A stretch of 64,000 bases of DNA from positions 3,534,001 to 3,598,000 of the forward strand of contig CM102289.1 in the NCBI GenBank assembly GCA_046563655.1. Direction: 5' to 3'. Positions 38,458 to 50,634 of this stretch are shown in pieces (the first letter of the stretch is position 1; each line of letters starts with the position of its first letter). This stretch comes from Yuukianura sp. NJ FZ-2021 (Eukaryota). The position numbers and the translations under genes were made by a program. The notes under the pieces were generated by a model that saw nothing but the letters and a program-made list of their open reading frames with translations, made no database searches and was not told the origin of the DNA.

Positions 38458-38909
38458 AGTCAGCATTCAGCATTCGTTTTAGAAATAAATTTTCATATTT
38501 ATAAATTGGAACTCAGAAATAATAAAACTACTATAAATTCGAAGCGATTTGCTGATTTACTACCTCGCAACAGAAAGGCGGTCCACAAAAGCAACACACC
38601 GACTCTTGTCATCTTTGACAATGTGACACTATATTTTTTTTTCCACTCTCGTTCTATTTTGTTGAATATCAGAACGCATTAGCACAATTTCTTGCGCAAA
38701 TAAGAATTATTAATATGTCAAAAACGTGAGGGGTTTCATTCAATCCAGCCCTAAAAACCGATTTAAAATTTTTAAAAATGAAACCACCGTTTGCGCAGTT
38801 CAAACCACCACTGCCAATATTTAGTTTATTTTACCACTTTTGAATACTTAATATTTCGAAATTTCACACATTAGTCACGATCCGTTGGACGCGCTGTTAG
38901 TGGCTCAAG

Positions 38910-39909
38910 ATCTTAGACTGAAACAATTCAATGAATTATTGGTTTTGGTATATGAGATTTGAAATTTAGCGCTACATTTCAAAAATGCTTACCTCGACAT
39001 GTGACTGGAGCAGTTCTAAGGGCTGGCGGATCCCTCTGTCCTTTGCCAGTGCAACTGACGTAACACGCAAAGCCATTAGTGGTGTCACGGCCGTCAAAAC
39101 GATACGAAAAGTTGAGGACGCTAGATGTCGAGTTAAAAATTCCTACAGGTTGATTTTCACCACAGAAACTGAAAACAACAAACAAATACAGAGATCGGAC
39201 AGAAAGGCCAAAAAAATGTAAAAGTTTTGCCAACGTGTGAGAGAAGGACGCTTTGTCAGAGATTTTCAGATAGTCGGAGTGGCAATTTTCTGCAACAGGC
39301 ACGTCAAAACAAGGACACGTTGCCTTCAAGGTACACCGATGACCCTATTCATTAGAAATAAAAATTGAATAATTTGCGTTATTTTTGTCAATCCAGTATA
39401 AAACCCAAAATAAAATATTTTCACTATTACATACTAAGATATGCCAACTACACTCTTCAAAATTGGCAGTGATCTTGTTGAAATTCGCACTTTGAATTGC
39501 CAGAACTTGGCCGTGTTTCAATCCAAAGTATCCACACTTCTCGGCATGACCTAAGCAGTCAATTGAAAAATTATAAGCTTGTGTAATTTTTTCTATTTAA
39601 TTTGAATTTTCATTCAAATTTACACTTAATTATGAATATTATTAATTGACGTGTTAACTCATTCTCTTACGCAAATTTGCGTCCCGAGAGTCACGTATTC
39701 CTCGGCTAAACCGCTTTACAGTTCTGGATTGAACTCCATTAAATCCAAACTTTAAAAAAATTAATCAAGAAGATGCAATACATCAATTACAAAGTTATCA
39801 AACTAAAATCAAAGTTAAAATGACAACTAGCGAGAATCACTTTTAGATTGCTTACCACAAAAATCACAAGTAGGCTTATAACATATAGGACGAACTTTGT
39901 CGAAAACAT
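38910..39909 (-). CDS. Secreted CUB-domain protein (3' end approximate)
   Basis: Signal exon MFSTKFVLYVISLLVIFV; CG...ECSWHI; C..FDV....CHSDYLKI; FCGE...NGFACYVSC. Confidence 0.7.
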
Positions 39910-40593
39910 TTTGTCTCTTCTAAACGCTTGTCTAGTTGGCAAACCGATCACCAATAACATTCAGCTATGAATGTCGTCAACATGTCATTTTGTTTAGCAA
40001 ATTGCCAACAGATTTTTTTTGGTATAAACTGAGATGATTATCACAAGTGTTTTTTATTTACTAATTACAATTAATTTCTATTCAACAATATAATTTTATG
40101 AATATACATCGCATGAAGTGAATAAGCGATATTAATGTGAAGCAACAAATTAGTCTGTTTTCACAAATTGTAATTGAATTATAAATTTTGAAGTTGGAAT
40201 CCCATTCCAAACCTAACTACCCTATTTTAGTAGTTTCTCCAAATAGATGTTCATGGTTATGATTAATTTTTGTTTCTTATATTTTTGTATTTTTAAGGCC
40301 ACGATTGGAGATTTTAAAAATGACAGCGATTGTAAAACTGAAACTTTTCCTTCTTGAAGCCCAAGTTCTCCAATTTGCAATGCAAACAGAGTTTCCTTTT
40401 TCAAGGTAGGGGTTGTGGATAATACGTAAAAGCCAGTGTGAAGATCCTTCCCAAAACAGTAAGTAATGAGTACTGTCGACCCATCTATAAAACCAAAAAC
40501 AATACACAAGATGTATAACTATTAGTTATACATATACACGACGTAAGCCGTCTAATTAAAATTATGTAGTACTTGACTTCGTTTTATTTGCTG

Positions 40594-41344
40594 CTACAAG
40601 GTGAAAGGATTGATGAAAAAGCCTTGTACTACTTTACCTGTCCATACTACGGACATTTTCGCGTTATTTGTTGTAAGACGCTTATGCATTCGTAATTTCT
40701 TGTGTCCCAATTCTGCCCAATTACACTCATCGTTGGAACTGTCTGGTTTACAAACTGCGGTACGATAGCCAGAGTTGACTTGAATAGTGCATAGGTCACT
40801 TCTTTGATTACGTTTTGACCCCCACGTTTCGATGAAATGACCGTTCGGTAGGAACTTGAACGTTGACGCCATACACAGCGTTTTCCCAGATCCAGATCCC
40901 GGCATCAGCCGCTTCCCACACAACCGAGAGTTACTGAGTGTCATCTGCAACCGACTGTCAATGATGTCGGTTCCATGTGATTTGGCCAAAAAGTGAAATG
41001 ACCAAAAAGGAAAAGGCCAGAAAAAAAGGCCAAAAAGGAAAAAAAAACTCAGGTAACCTAACCTAAAAGGTCTTTCAAATTCTGGCCTTTTCACTTCTGA
41101 TCATTTCACTTTTGGCCAAATTTTTTTGGCCATTTCACCTGCTACGAATGATGTCATATATAACGGAATCCAAAATTTTCTGTAGCTTCGCATCCCGCAG
41201 GACAAGTCCATTCCCCAGACATGCGCATCGGTCGCACTGGGTCTCTTCAACATCCCGCCATGACCATTGTTTTCCAAAGACTGTTTGATGGACAAAGGAA
41301 TCCCAAATGGTTAGCATTAGCAAAACTTTCGAAACCTGTTTCAT
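40594..41344 (-). CDS. Unknown, possibly secreted Cys-containing protein (~188 aa) interrupted by a MITE
   Basis: ORFs 41135-41344 and 40594-41094 join in frame (..SVIYDII|DSRLQ..) when the insertion and one TSD copy are removed. Confidence 0.6.
40969..41146. mobile_element. Non-autonomous Mutator-like MITE, 178 bp
   Basis: 9-bp TSD AATGATGTC at 40960-40968 and 41147-41155; imperfect TIRs GGTTCCATGTGATTTGGCCAAAAA / CGTAGCAGGTGAAATGGCCAAAAA; internal GGCCAAAA subrepeats. Confidence 0.85.
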
Positions 41345-42265
41345 GGTGAAAGCAGTCAGATTCTAGGTTGAAAAGAAAATTAACAACTATAACCAAAAAG
41401 CAACAAAAAAGCAAACAACGAAAGCGCACCGTATCTTATGTTATTCCCCAGCTTTAGAAAGAAATGTGAAAAATATTAAACAATTATGTAAATTTGTCTA
41501 ACTGCAACTTAGGCAAAAGCCGACGCCGTACTAAAGCGTTTCGCTGAAATGATGTTGTTTTTGAATTTGAGGATCGGCTTGACGTTAAGGTTGAAATCTG
41601 TTTTTCCTTTATTATCATATAAGCTATGCTAATTCAAAGCTGGTACTAGTGGAAAAGTGGAAATCGACTTGGCAAATTCGTTCTTCGGAGTATATAAGAT
41701 CTTCCGAGCTACTTAAATGAATTTGTATCATTATGCTAATCCGTCATTTAAATAAAATAGAGATAGTCAAATTTTCCAAGCCGTAGTAGGAAAACATATA
41801 TCTATTTCTGTAGAACACGTACCTTTTGCCACCTATTCGTCATGCATTGTTAGGCGCATAAATATTTTCTAGAAATTTGCCTCAGTACTCCTACCTCTCT
41901 TCAAACTTACAACAAAAATCAATCAAACTTCAATACAGCAAAGTAACTTGCAGTCGGAAAAAATTTGTATTGTTTGCTGGTATTGTTTACACTGGAAGGA
42001 ATACGAACAAACTCCGTTTCCATCAATATTTTAAGAATTTTTTTTAAGCGAACGTAGTACGTCACCCGAAAGTTCGTTTGTGAAAAACAAATTTCCATTG
42101 TGTTTTATGAAGAACATTTGCCAAGTACAAATAAAGCTACAATTCTGTTTTTAATCACGCAAGTATGAAGTCTGTTTGAATAAGACTTTATTTTAAATTC
42201 AAGACGGTATACTTTTTTTTGCTATCACTCCAGGGAGCTTCCAAACGTCATATAAATAACACAAA

Positions 42266-44458
42266 ATGGCAAATATTTTGAGGTATCAGTTTAAAAATCT
42301 TGGCGTTTTCAACATGAGTTTTGAGTATATATTCGCGGCTATTCAAATTTTTTTATTTGGAAGTGGGGTCTGTTCAAATTCAAAAACTATTACAAGATTT
42401 TTAACCGAAACAACCAAGGAATTCGGGCATTGTAATAATTTTCTGATTCAGTTTCCCTCGAACCACATTGAATGGATTGGTCCATTGAGATTTCCGTTGA
42501 TGCGAATCTTTATGCAACTACCAGAAATTCTTGATTTTTATAACAATCGTTCTAGCACATTTAATACAAGTTCTCAAAGAGGTTTCAAAAGACTACACAC
42601 TTTTGATCCAAGTTCCCGAATGGTAGTTGCTAAGATTTTGTTTTTGAAATTCAGTTGCAGTGCATTGTACTTTGTCAGCCCATCTAGAGCCTATTTTAAG
42701 CGTTTTGCAAATACTTTTCGCTCTTTGATACACAGTCTAAAGCTATACTTAGTCCCTTCATACTTCATTTCTCTCCATAACCTTGAAGCAAATACGTATA
42801 AACCACTGCTGAGCTTCGACTACCGTGATGCGGAAATTACAGAGTTTCATATAATCTTCAATAATATCCAGGAAACTGCCGAAGTAGTTCTGTACGAACT
42901 GGATATTTGTAATTCCATTACAATAACTTCGGTCAATACAACAACATTTGTTGACCTTGGACTCCGCCGTGTGTTGGACATAATTCATCAACTAATGGCC
43001 CAGACATCATGCGTTTTGCAATGGGGTTTTCACAGGCATGGCGTCACCATTTTTTACACAGGCATGGGAAAAATTACCAACTGGGAGGACGATGAAGATT
43101 CACTAAAACATCTTCTAACGCATTCAAACTATTACGGAATTGAAACAATTCTAAACGATACTACACGACCCTTACGTGACGGATACGTCCGGGAAAATTT
43201 AAGTTTACTGGTAAAGTTTACAAGAATTCGGCAATGGCGACCTACATTTATTGATGTAAATCCGGAAGAGTATAGCACAGGGTTGTTAGGTGGCACTGGG
43301 GCCTACGTCATCGATACTTTCCATTTCAACTTCATCACTTGTCACCACCTAACTCCAGGTATTTCTTTTGTGGAATATATCAACGTTTTCGCTCCGGACT
43401 TTTGGTTGGGTTTTGGCGTTTTCCTAGTGGTTGGCACTGCAGTGACAAAACTTGCAGGTTACATATTAAAAGCACCTGACAACTTCCTCATTTGGTTGTA
43501 TCTAATTTTAGTTGAACAGGGATTGGTTATTTCGAAAACTTTGAGGAAATATTTTGGCGTCAAAATTTTCTTGTCCTCTCTTCTTTTAAGCTGTTTAGTC
43601 ATAGAAAATACATACAAGAGTATCAGAACCAGTGACATGGCGATGGCCCATCCAGAAGGTCATGTCAAAACCTTAGAAGAAGCCGTCGACCTTAATTTTG
43701 ACATTCTATTTCACGTGGACAGGGAAGCTTTGGAAATATATCATCAATATTATGCAAAGGACGCTGAGAGGGTAAAAGATTTTGAAAATTCAACTAAAGC
43801 AAGAAGGGAGTTTCTATACGGGAACTTCGGAGGCCGAGGCGTCCCCTTGTACAGTTTGGTCAAGAAGACTCGAAACAAAATGAAACTGTTAACGAACATA
43901 TTGGAAAAGGTCTTTGTACCACGGTCAATAAACAACTACAGCGCCGAAGCAAAACTACTTGAGTGCGACAAAACTGTACTGATTGACGAACCAATGGAAT
44001 TGAATTCCATTGTTCTAAGGAATCCAAGCTCTAAAAATACATTGTACTTTGGCAATAGCAGGAATACTTCTGTGCCGAAATACTTCTACGTTGGACCGAT
44101 ATATTGGGAGAAACGCGGTATTCTGCACCAAAGAATGCAATCACTCATACATTCAGGTCTCTACAAATTTGATACCAGCAATATAACTATGCAGCAACAA
44201 GTTAGCCTGTACAATTTCAAACAAAGACAACCAACTTGCCAACCGCTGCGAGCAAGCAGTAATTTTATTGCATCTTTGTTCATAATCTGTGGTAGTTGCG
44301 TTGCCGTTTCTATTGCTGTCTTTTGCATTAACGATAAAAGTTGGCATTCTAAGTTACAAACCAAAATAATTTGTGCGTTTACTAAAACGAAATGGTTTCT
44401 GGTAGAACGAATTGTCTCGCATCACACCGCCCAATGCAAAATTTGCAAATGTCTATAA
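42266..44458 (+). CDS. Divergent ionotropic receptor (IR)-like protein, intronless, 730 aa
   Basis: FNFITC, F.PDFW (M1), ILVEQG (pore), IENTYKS (M3), LIHSGLY (S2), C-terminal TM. Confidence 0.7.
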   Translation: MANILRYQFKNLGVFNMSFEYIFAAIQIFLFGSGVCSNSKTITRFLTETTKEFGHCNNFLIQFPSNHIEWIGPLRFPLMRIFMQLPEILDFYNNRSSTFNTSSQRGFKRLHTFDPSSRMVVAKILFLKFSCSALYFVSPSRAYFKRFANTFRSLIHSLKLYLVPSYFISLHNLEANTYKPLLSFDYRDAEITEFHIIFNNIQETAEVVLYELDICNSITITSVNTTTFVDLGLRRVLDIIHQLMAQTSCVLQWGFHRHGVTIFYTGMGKITNWEDDEDSLKHLLTHSNYYGIETILNDTTRPLRDGYVRENLSLLVKFTRIRQWRPTFIDVNPEEYSTGLLGGTGAYVIDTFHFNFITCHHLTPGISFVEYINVFAPDFWLGFGVFLVVGTAVTKLAGYILKAPDNFLIWLYLILVEQGLVISKTLRKYFGVKIFLSSLLLSCLVIENTYKSIRTSDMAMAHPEGHVKTLEEAVDLNFDILFHVDREALEIYHQYYAKDAERVKDFENSTKARREFLYGNFGGRGVPLYSLVKKTRNKMKLLTNILEKVFVPRSINNYSAEAKLLECDKTVLIDEPMELNSIVLRNPSSKNTLYFGNSRNTSVPKYFYVGPIYWEKRGILHQRMQSLIHSGLYKFDTSNITMQQQVSLYNFKQRQPTCQPLRASSNFIASLFIICGSCVAVSIAVFCINDKSWHSKLQTKIICAFTKTKWFLVERIVSHHTAQCKICKCL

Positions 44459-45409
44459 TGCATATAATCAAACCTCAAAACGAGTTTTTGTATACAGTCA
44501 CTTTGAACTTCATGAAATCACGATGTTAGCTACGCAGTTTTGAATTGATAAAATTGCTCTATACGAAGCTAACTTCAATATAGCTTGCTGATTACTTTGT
44601 AAAATACGATCGTAGTTACAGTGTAAGTCGTAAGTTAACTATTGTTTCAATTCTGGATAATATTTTTTATTTTAGTAATTACAGTAAATATTTAGTAGCA
44701 ATTAAACCTTTTCAACCTGCCCTAGGCAGGTGTTTGTGAATTCTGTTTAATAAAACGCCGGAAACTGTTTCTCATTTTAGTAGCACGGACCGTGTGACGA
44801 TTTTTGTTTCGCTGTATTTCTTCGTATACATTCGGTTGCGTTGTGTTCGCGTGGCAAAGGGCAGTCTCAAATAGAAAACTGATTGAACCAACTAGTAAAT
44901 TACTCTCGATGCTTCTTTCCTAATAATGACCTAAATTGTTTTACTAAACTCCAAACTTTAGTTTGGAGTTTTCAGTTGAGGACATTATAAAGTGCAAATT
45001 AACCAAAAAATTCTCTTTGCTTCTAGTTAAATAATTTAAGGAAATTAGAAAATTCATCCTTTTATGAACTTAGAAAACTTGAGAAAAAAAACGAAAAACC
45101 TCTTTTGCTGAATATTTAAAGCGTAGTAATGACAAAATCGTTGTCTAATGAGCGAAATGAGAACATAAAATGAAAAAGAAAGCTTCAAACACACCTCTTT
45201 TATTTGAAAATGTTGTTGTTGGTAGAATTTTTTGCAAAAACTATTTGGAAAAAAGCTACTAACTAAGAAATTATTCGGTAGGTAGAACATAACTCAGTCA
45301 GTTCCAACCCAAGCGGCCCATAATTCTATTCAACTTGACTTACTAGTATAAACAACAACAGGTTGGGATTGTCTAAACTTTCTTTTGTTCAAAATATTTC
45401 CGTTTTCAA

Positions 45410-46971
45410 TATGCTATCAAGTCGGAGTTTGCAGTTACTCGAATTGTGGCTCAACATTTTCAGTCGCGTCTTTATTTGCCCATTCTGCATGGATCCGAAG
45501 TCTCATAAAATTGTGAAGCCAGTTGAGATATTTCGACTGAAAATTTACGTTATTGGCTGGAAAATCCTCAATTTAGTGGTGCTATGCGGAGAGATGTTGA
45601 TACTTATTTGGGTGCTTACGGTTTTTGCACTTCGACCGCCTTCATTAGAAGAATTTTGTATTACAATTTCCGGTGTTTGCGCCTTAGTTGTATGTGCCAT
45701 TATAGAACACTTCCACCTCACTGAATGGCCCAACATTATGCGTATGATGAACAGACTCCTCAATTTTGGGAAAACATTCCGTAAATACTTTAATGCATTC
45801 GTAAAATACACTTTAAATAACATTCATTGCACAATTAAAAAAAGGATTTTCCGTGCTAGTAGGCATGTATTCCTGAAGCTGATCACAGTGCAATTATTTA
45901 GCTGAAATGTACCGCTTACCTTGTACTTTTTTTGCACATATTAAAAAAATGTAGGTGTGTTGGCGAGGAGGCGTCTTTCCATATTATTCTAAAATGACTC
46001 ATAAATTTTGGTTCAATGTTATAATTACATTGAACCCAAATTTTACCAAATTGCTTTTCATAATTATTATGAAAAGCAATTTGGTAAATCGTAAAAATGT
46101 TGTTATTGTTTTTTGCAAAATTTCAGAGGAATCATTTAATGTGAAACCCCCACGAAAAGACGGAAATGAAAAAATTATCAACCTTGCTTTCCTGCTTATC
46201 CTCCTTTGTCCACTGGTTGAAATTCCCAGTGGAATTTTTGTCTTAAACCAGGACTGGGAAACTATGAAGGCAGCTCGAGCGTTGCTTGAAATCTTCAACA
46301 TCAACATCTATCTTTGCGTTCTACTCGTGGTAGTGTTTATGATTCCACTTTGGGCCCATGTTTTGGGTTTTCTACTAACAGTCACCATGTTTCAATTCTC
46401 ACTCGATCGGTACTTGCGCACTCGCAACACAGCGTAAGTCTACCCAGTATTCAAAATTAACTTTATGTTTACAAATATTACAGAAAATTCCGCACTTCCC
46501 ATTTTTACAATTTGTAGAATAAAATACGAAAAAATTGTTCCGACGACAACTGTTAAATCTGAAATGCTATACCGATCTGTGCAACTCCTTCACGAAGAAA
46601 TGACTCAGATCAGCCGAATCGTCTGTCCCAGTCTGGAGTACATTGGAATTGCATTGTTAATAAGTATATGCTATGTTCTCATTAAAGCTGGTCACTACCT
46701 TAACCCATTCGTCGTTATTTTCTTTGGGCTCGTTGGATCTTTAACTTTCGTATGCTACTACACCTTAATGGAACTATTTTCACAAATTGGAATCAATTCG
46801 CGCAAGTTCCCGAAAACACATTACAACGTCCTTAGTCCACAGTTTCGGAGGTCATGTCGTCCAATGCGATGGAAAATGGGCGGTTCTTACTATATTCAAA
46901 AAAGTACTTTTCCATCGCTAATGAAAAATGTAGTGCTTAAAATTTTAATCAAGTTGCTTATTACTTTTTAA
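45410..46971 (+). CDS. Gustatory/odorant-receptor-like 7TM protein, 3 exons
   Basis: Hydrophobic ORFs; C-term RSCRPMRWKMGGSYYIQKSTF...LIKLLITF typical of the GR superfamily TM7 region. Confidence 0.65.
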
Positions 46972-47325
46972 GCATGTTTTGCTACTTACGACTACACAGA
47001 AATTTAAAACTCCACTCAATGTAATTGCTCCATATTTGCCCCTCTATTTTTCATTACATTGTGGTTTGTACACATCAATTTTAGATTTGGCTACATTTCC
47101 AACCTTCCACTACATACGGTTATTCACTCCATTAAGCATACGTGTGTTGAAGCAGATTTTTATTTCGAAACGTTTTGTGCCATCTACTATGTTCAATGTT
47201 GAATTAAAAAATTCTAAACTTTTCTGTGCATACTTCTTACACAGCCTAAGCTCTTAAATTCTAGTAATTTTCTGTTTTAAGTTATATAAAAGTTTCATTG
47301 TGAAACAAAGTGTTACGCAATGGGT

Positions 47326-49152
47326 TTAAATTTGTTGATAGCCACCTTTTAAATTTGTAGTGCTTGTAGCCCGTTTTAAATCGGCTGTGCTGATACCTCG
47401 TTTTAAATTACTGGTGCTGGTACCTCGTTTCAAATCGGTTGTACTGATATCCCGTCTTAAGTTACTAGTACTGACGCCTCGTTTTAAATTGAGAGTTACT
47501 TGACCTGCACGGTCTAACAGTTTAGTTTGCTGCTTCATAGCGTAGTCCATTTCAGAAGAAATTATGGTCGTTTGACACACGGATTTCAAGATAGATTTGG
47601 CTTCATCCATTGGAAGATCCGCCAGTTGCGCAGCCGTGAGAGAACATGTTGGGCCAAACGGCCGATTTTCAGTTGAGTAGAGCCAAGACTGTGCCACTGG
47701 AGGGTCTAAAGTCAATGCTCTTTGAATTTCCAGTTGAATGACGGAGCAGAAATCATCCAAAGGCTGTTAGAAAGAAACACGTTGCTAGTTTATGTCTTGT
47801 TTTGAATTTATTTTTGAAACTTACTAAGTCATTGGGATCATATCCAAACGGATTTTCAATTTCAAATCCAATTGCCAAAATTCCTAGGTAAACAAATGCA
47901 GCAATTACGACAATTGGAATTGTTAACCACGGTCCAATGTCGCCAGTTTGAAAAGGAATTGTAAGTAGAAATAGCCAGACGGATTCTTGAAGATGGATGG
48001 AATACGCCAAAGGCATTGGAGTTCTCAAAAGACGTTCAAATCCAGCAATGCAGTCTACCAAGTTTGAAATGCCTAAAAAAGTAAAACAAAAAAAACAAAA
48101 AAAAAAAAACAAAAATTCAAAAGAAGAAGTTATTAACACACGCACAGACAACTTTCTTGAAAATTTCATAATAAAACACGTTTTTGGAGAAATACTGTCT
48201 GTGTATATTATACAAAAATTATAAAAATTTATATTTACTGTTTTGAATCGTGGCGAGAGTCCATCCATTTGCGAGTTCGTTTTCTTCCAAGTACTTGACA
48301 TATGACACCAGAAAGTAGGACATTTCGATTGGTACGTTTGTGGGAGTCGAGTAATCGAATGCCCGTACTTGTGACTTTTGACGCTTCTGTTGCTCATTGA
48401 GAGATTCGTTGGACGAAGGTGTGAAAAACTTTGGTAGATGCTCCAGAAGCCCTCCGTAGTCACTGCAGTCGTAAGAGTATTCTTCCCGAAGGTAATGCTT
48501 TGTACCGATGACAAACGCGGAACACAAGTTTAGTGCAGATTTCTTTTCTACGATGTCTTTTGTCTCCACCTCTTTAACTCCTGTCCAAATTGCTCTTGTC
48601 AATTTACGAATTTCTTGAGTCAATTTGCACCAGAGGTCACGCCCTTCCCAGTACCTTGCAATGTAGAAGCGATTAGTGTGATACAAATCGCATGAATTGG
48701 AATTTAATCAGTCGACATTAATCATTTTCATTGTACATTAATTTTTATAAACTTTGTTGCTGTGTACTACCTTAGATACGCCGCGTTAGTACGGAATATC
48801 AAAAGAAGACCGATTACAACGCCTAAAACATAAAGTTTATATTAATGATTTATAAAATACGTTACGCGTATATTTTCTAAAGCAGAACATTAGGACGTAG
48901 CTTTAGACTTTAAAATTATAAATTAAAAACAATTAGCAAGTTGGTTAATTACGTGTTAAATTAATTAGCTTGGCGATTACCCAGAATGATGATCAAGTGA
49001 GGTGGAAACGCCTTGTAGATAACAGGAATATAATCCTCCAGCGACATTATAAAAGGTGTGTAAACCATTAGCAATAAAATTTGCCACCAAATTGTCGGAA
49101 TCACTGTTCCGGTGTACCGCCACCACCAAAAAAATTTTTTCTCTCCCTCCAT
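47326..49152 (-). CDS. Bestrophin of the UPF0187/YneE (fungal/bacterial/plant VCCN-like) type
   Basis: GLLLIFRTNAAY.RYWEGRDLW, TKHYLR, FERLLRTPMPLAYSIHL, GFEIENPFGYDPNDL|PLDDFC; spliceosomal introns. Confidence 0.88.
47344..47490 (-). repeat. 30-bp coding tandem repeat (LKRGxSTxx, ~5 copies) at bestrophin C-terminus
   Basis: LKRGVSTSN LRRDISTTD LKRGTSTSN LKRGISTAD LKRATSTTN. Confidence 0.85.
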
Positions 49153-50032
49153 TTTGAATAACTTTTCAAACGGTTTTAAAAATTGTTCGAACGAAGTTTC
49201 AAAAAGAAACAAATGCTTTTAAGTTTATGTTATGATGAAGTCCAAAGTGAATCCCATGAACCCATCCCAGCAATATGCAATGCGAGATGACAGTTTCCAC
49301 CAAATTTTGGCAGTTCAACGGTACCTCAAAACTAGTTTTTATCTTAAAAACAGGTTTCTTATTCCAAAAAATATAATTGTAAGTCGAATTGCTTTGGACA
49401 AGTTTTTGTTCTCATTTGAAATTCTTTCGGGAGACTAGACTTCATTGAATACTGCAAGCGACATATTTTGTGAAGTTCACCTGAAATTAAATTCACCTAA
49501 CGTAGGTTTCAAAAGAAATTTTAACATTAAATTCCAAATAGTTAAAGCAAACGGGGAAATGAAGTTACGAAAAAAATAGTAAAAAAAAATTCATTGTTCT
49601 AAACAAATGAAAAAATTTCAAGGTACAAGTTTTTGTTAAATTAAATTGCAGCAAATACTTCCATTTAACTCGACTTTATCTTTAGTCTGTGTTTTGCTAG
49701 TTTTGAAGTGGAGATGTCCTTGTCGTAGTAAAAATACATCACCAAACCGCACACCCAAATCGTCAAGGCCAATTTTTTTGCTAATTGCATTGACATTTTT
49801 TTGCTATCTAGTTAATTATGGACTTTGCGTTTGCAAAAAAAAGTACCAGAGTTTGTCAACTTGTCTGTTACCAACTAACTTTGTCAGTTGTAAAGTTTTG
49901 TCAGTGCTTAGTCAGCTAAAGAGACCGCACCTTGTCAAATTTTGAGCTAATTTACACTTTGATACGCCACATTACTTTCTATTGAAAATTTAAAATAACT
50001 TTTCGATTTGGAAACCCAAAAGCGAAGACAAA

Positions 50033-50445
50033 ATGCCAAATTGTCCAAAATGCAGCAAACCGGTCTACTTTGGTATAATAAAATCTTAATTATAAAAATT
50101 TTTTCCAATTTTAAGAAATTCGGAAAAAGAGAATGATATTTGTGATTTTTTTTTTAATTTTGAAGCCGAGAGGAAGACATCGATGGGAAAGGATTGGCAT
50201 TCAGCTTGCTTGAGATGTGAACGTTGCGAAAAAACGTTGGTAAGTTGGAAAAAATTTCAAGGTTAAAAATTCAAAATTAAAAAGTTTATCATAAATCTGA
50301 AAAACAAAATATTCGAATTCCGCAGACTATTGGAAGTCATGCTGTCAAAGACGACAAACCATACTGTCATGTTCCTTGCTACGCAACGCTATTTGGTCCA
50401 TCTGGAGTTGGAGTCGGAAGCAGCTACGTCTATGAAAAGAAATAA
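50033..50445 (+). CDS. CRIP: Cysteine-rich intestinal protein (single LIM domain), 3 exons
   Basis: [59 protein letters not shown]. Confidence 0.93.
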
Positions 50446-50634
50446 GAAACTGCGTCAACAGCAAAACAACCATGTTGATTAAATTCATTTAACATCAATC
50501 CCCAAATTCAATTAATTTAGTAGTCAGCATACATCCGCTCCACTTAATTTAACAATTAATTTCAACATCAGCACCGTCTCTTTTTAACTAAATAAACAAA
50601 TTAATCAAAGAAAGGCTTGTCGGTTGCGCACGAG

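Noticed and set aside
40222..40509. 95-aa minus-strand ORF downstream of the MITE-interrupted gene
   Set aside because: No ATG start or recognisable domain; cannot be linked to a gene model
47753..48514. 253-aa ORF as a separate gene
   Set aside because: Composite of a bestrophin exon, an intron and an off-frame exon
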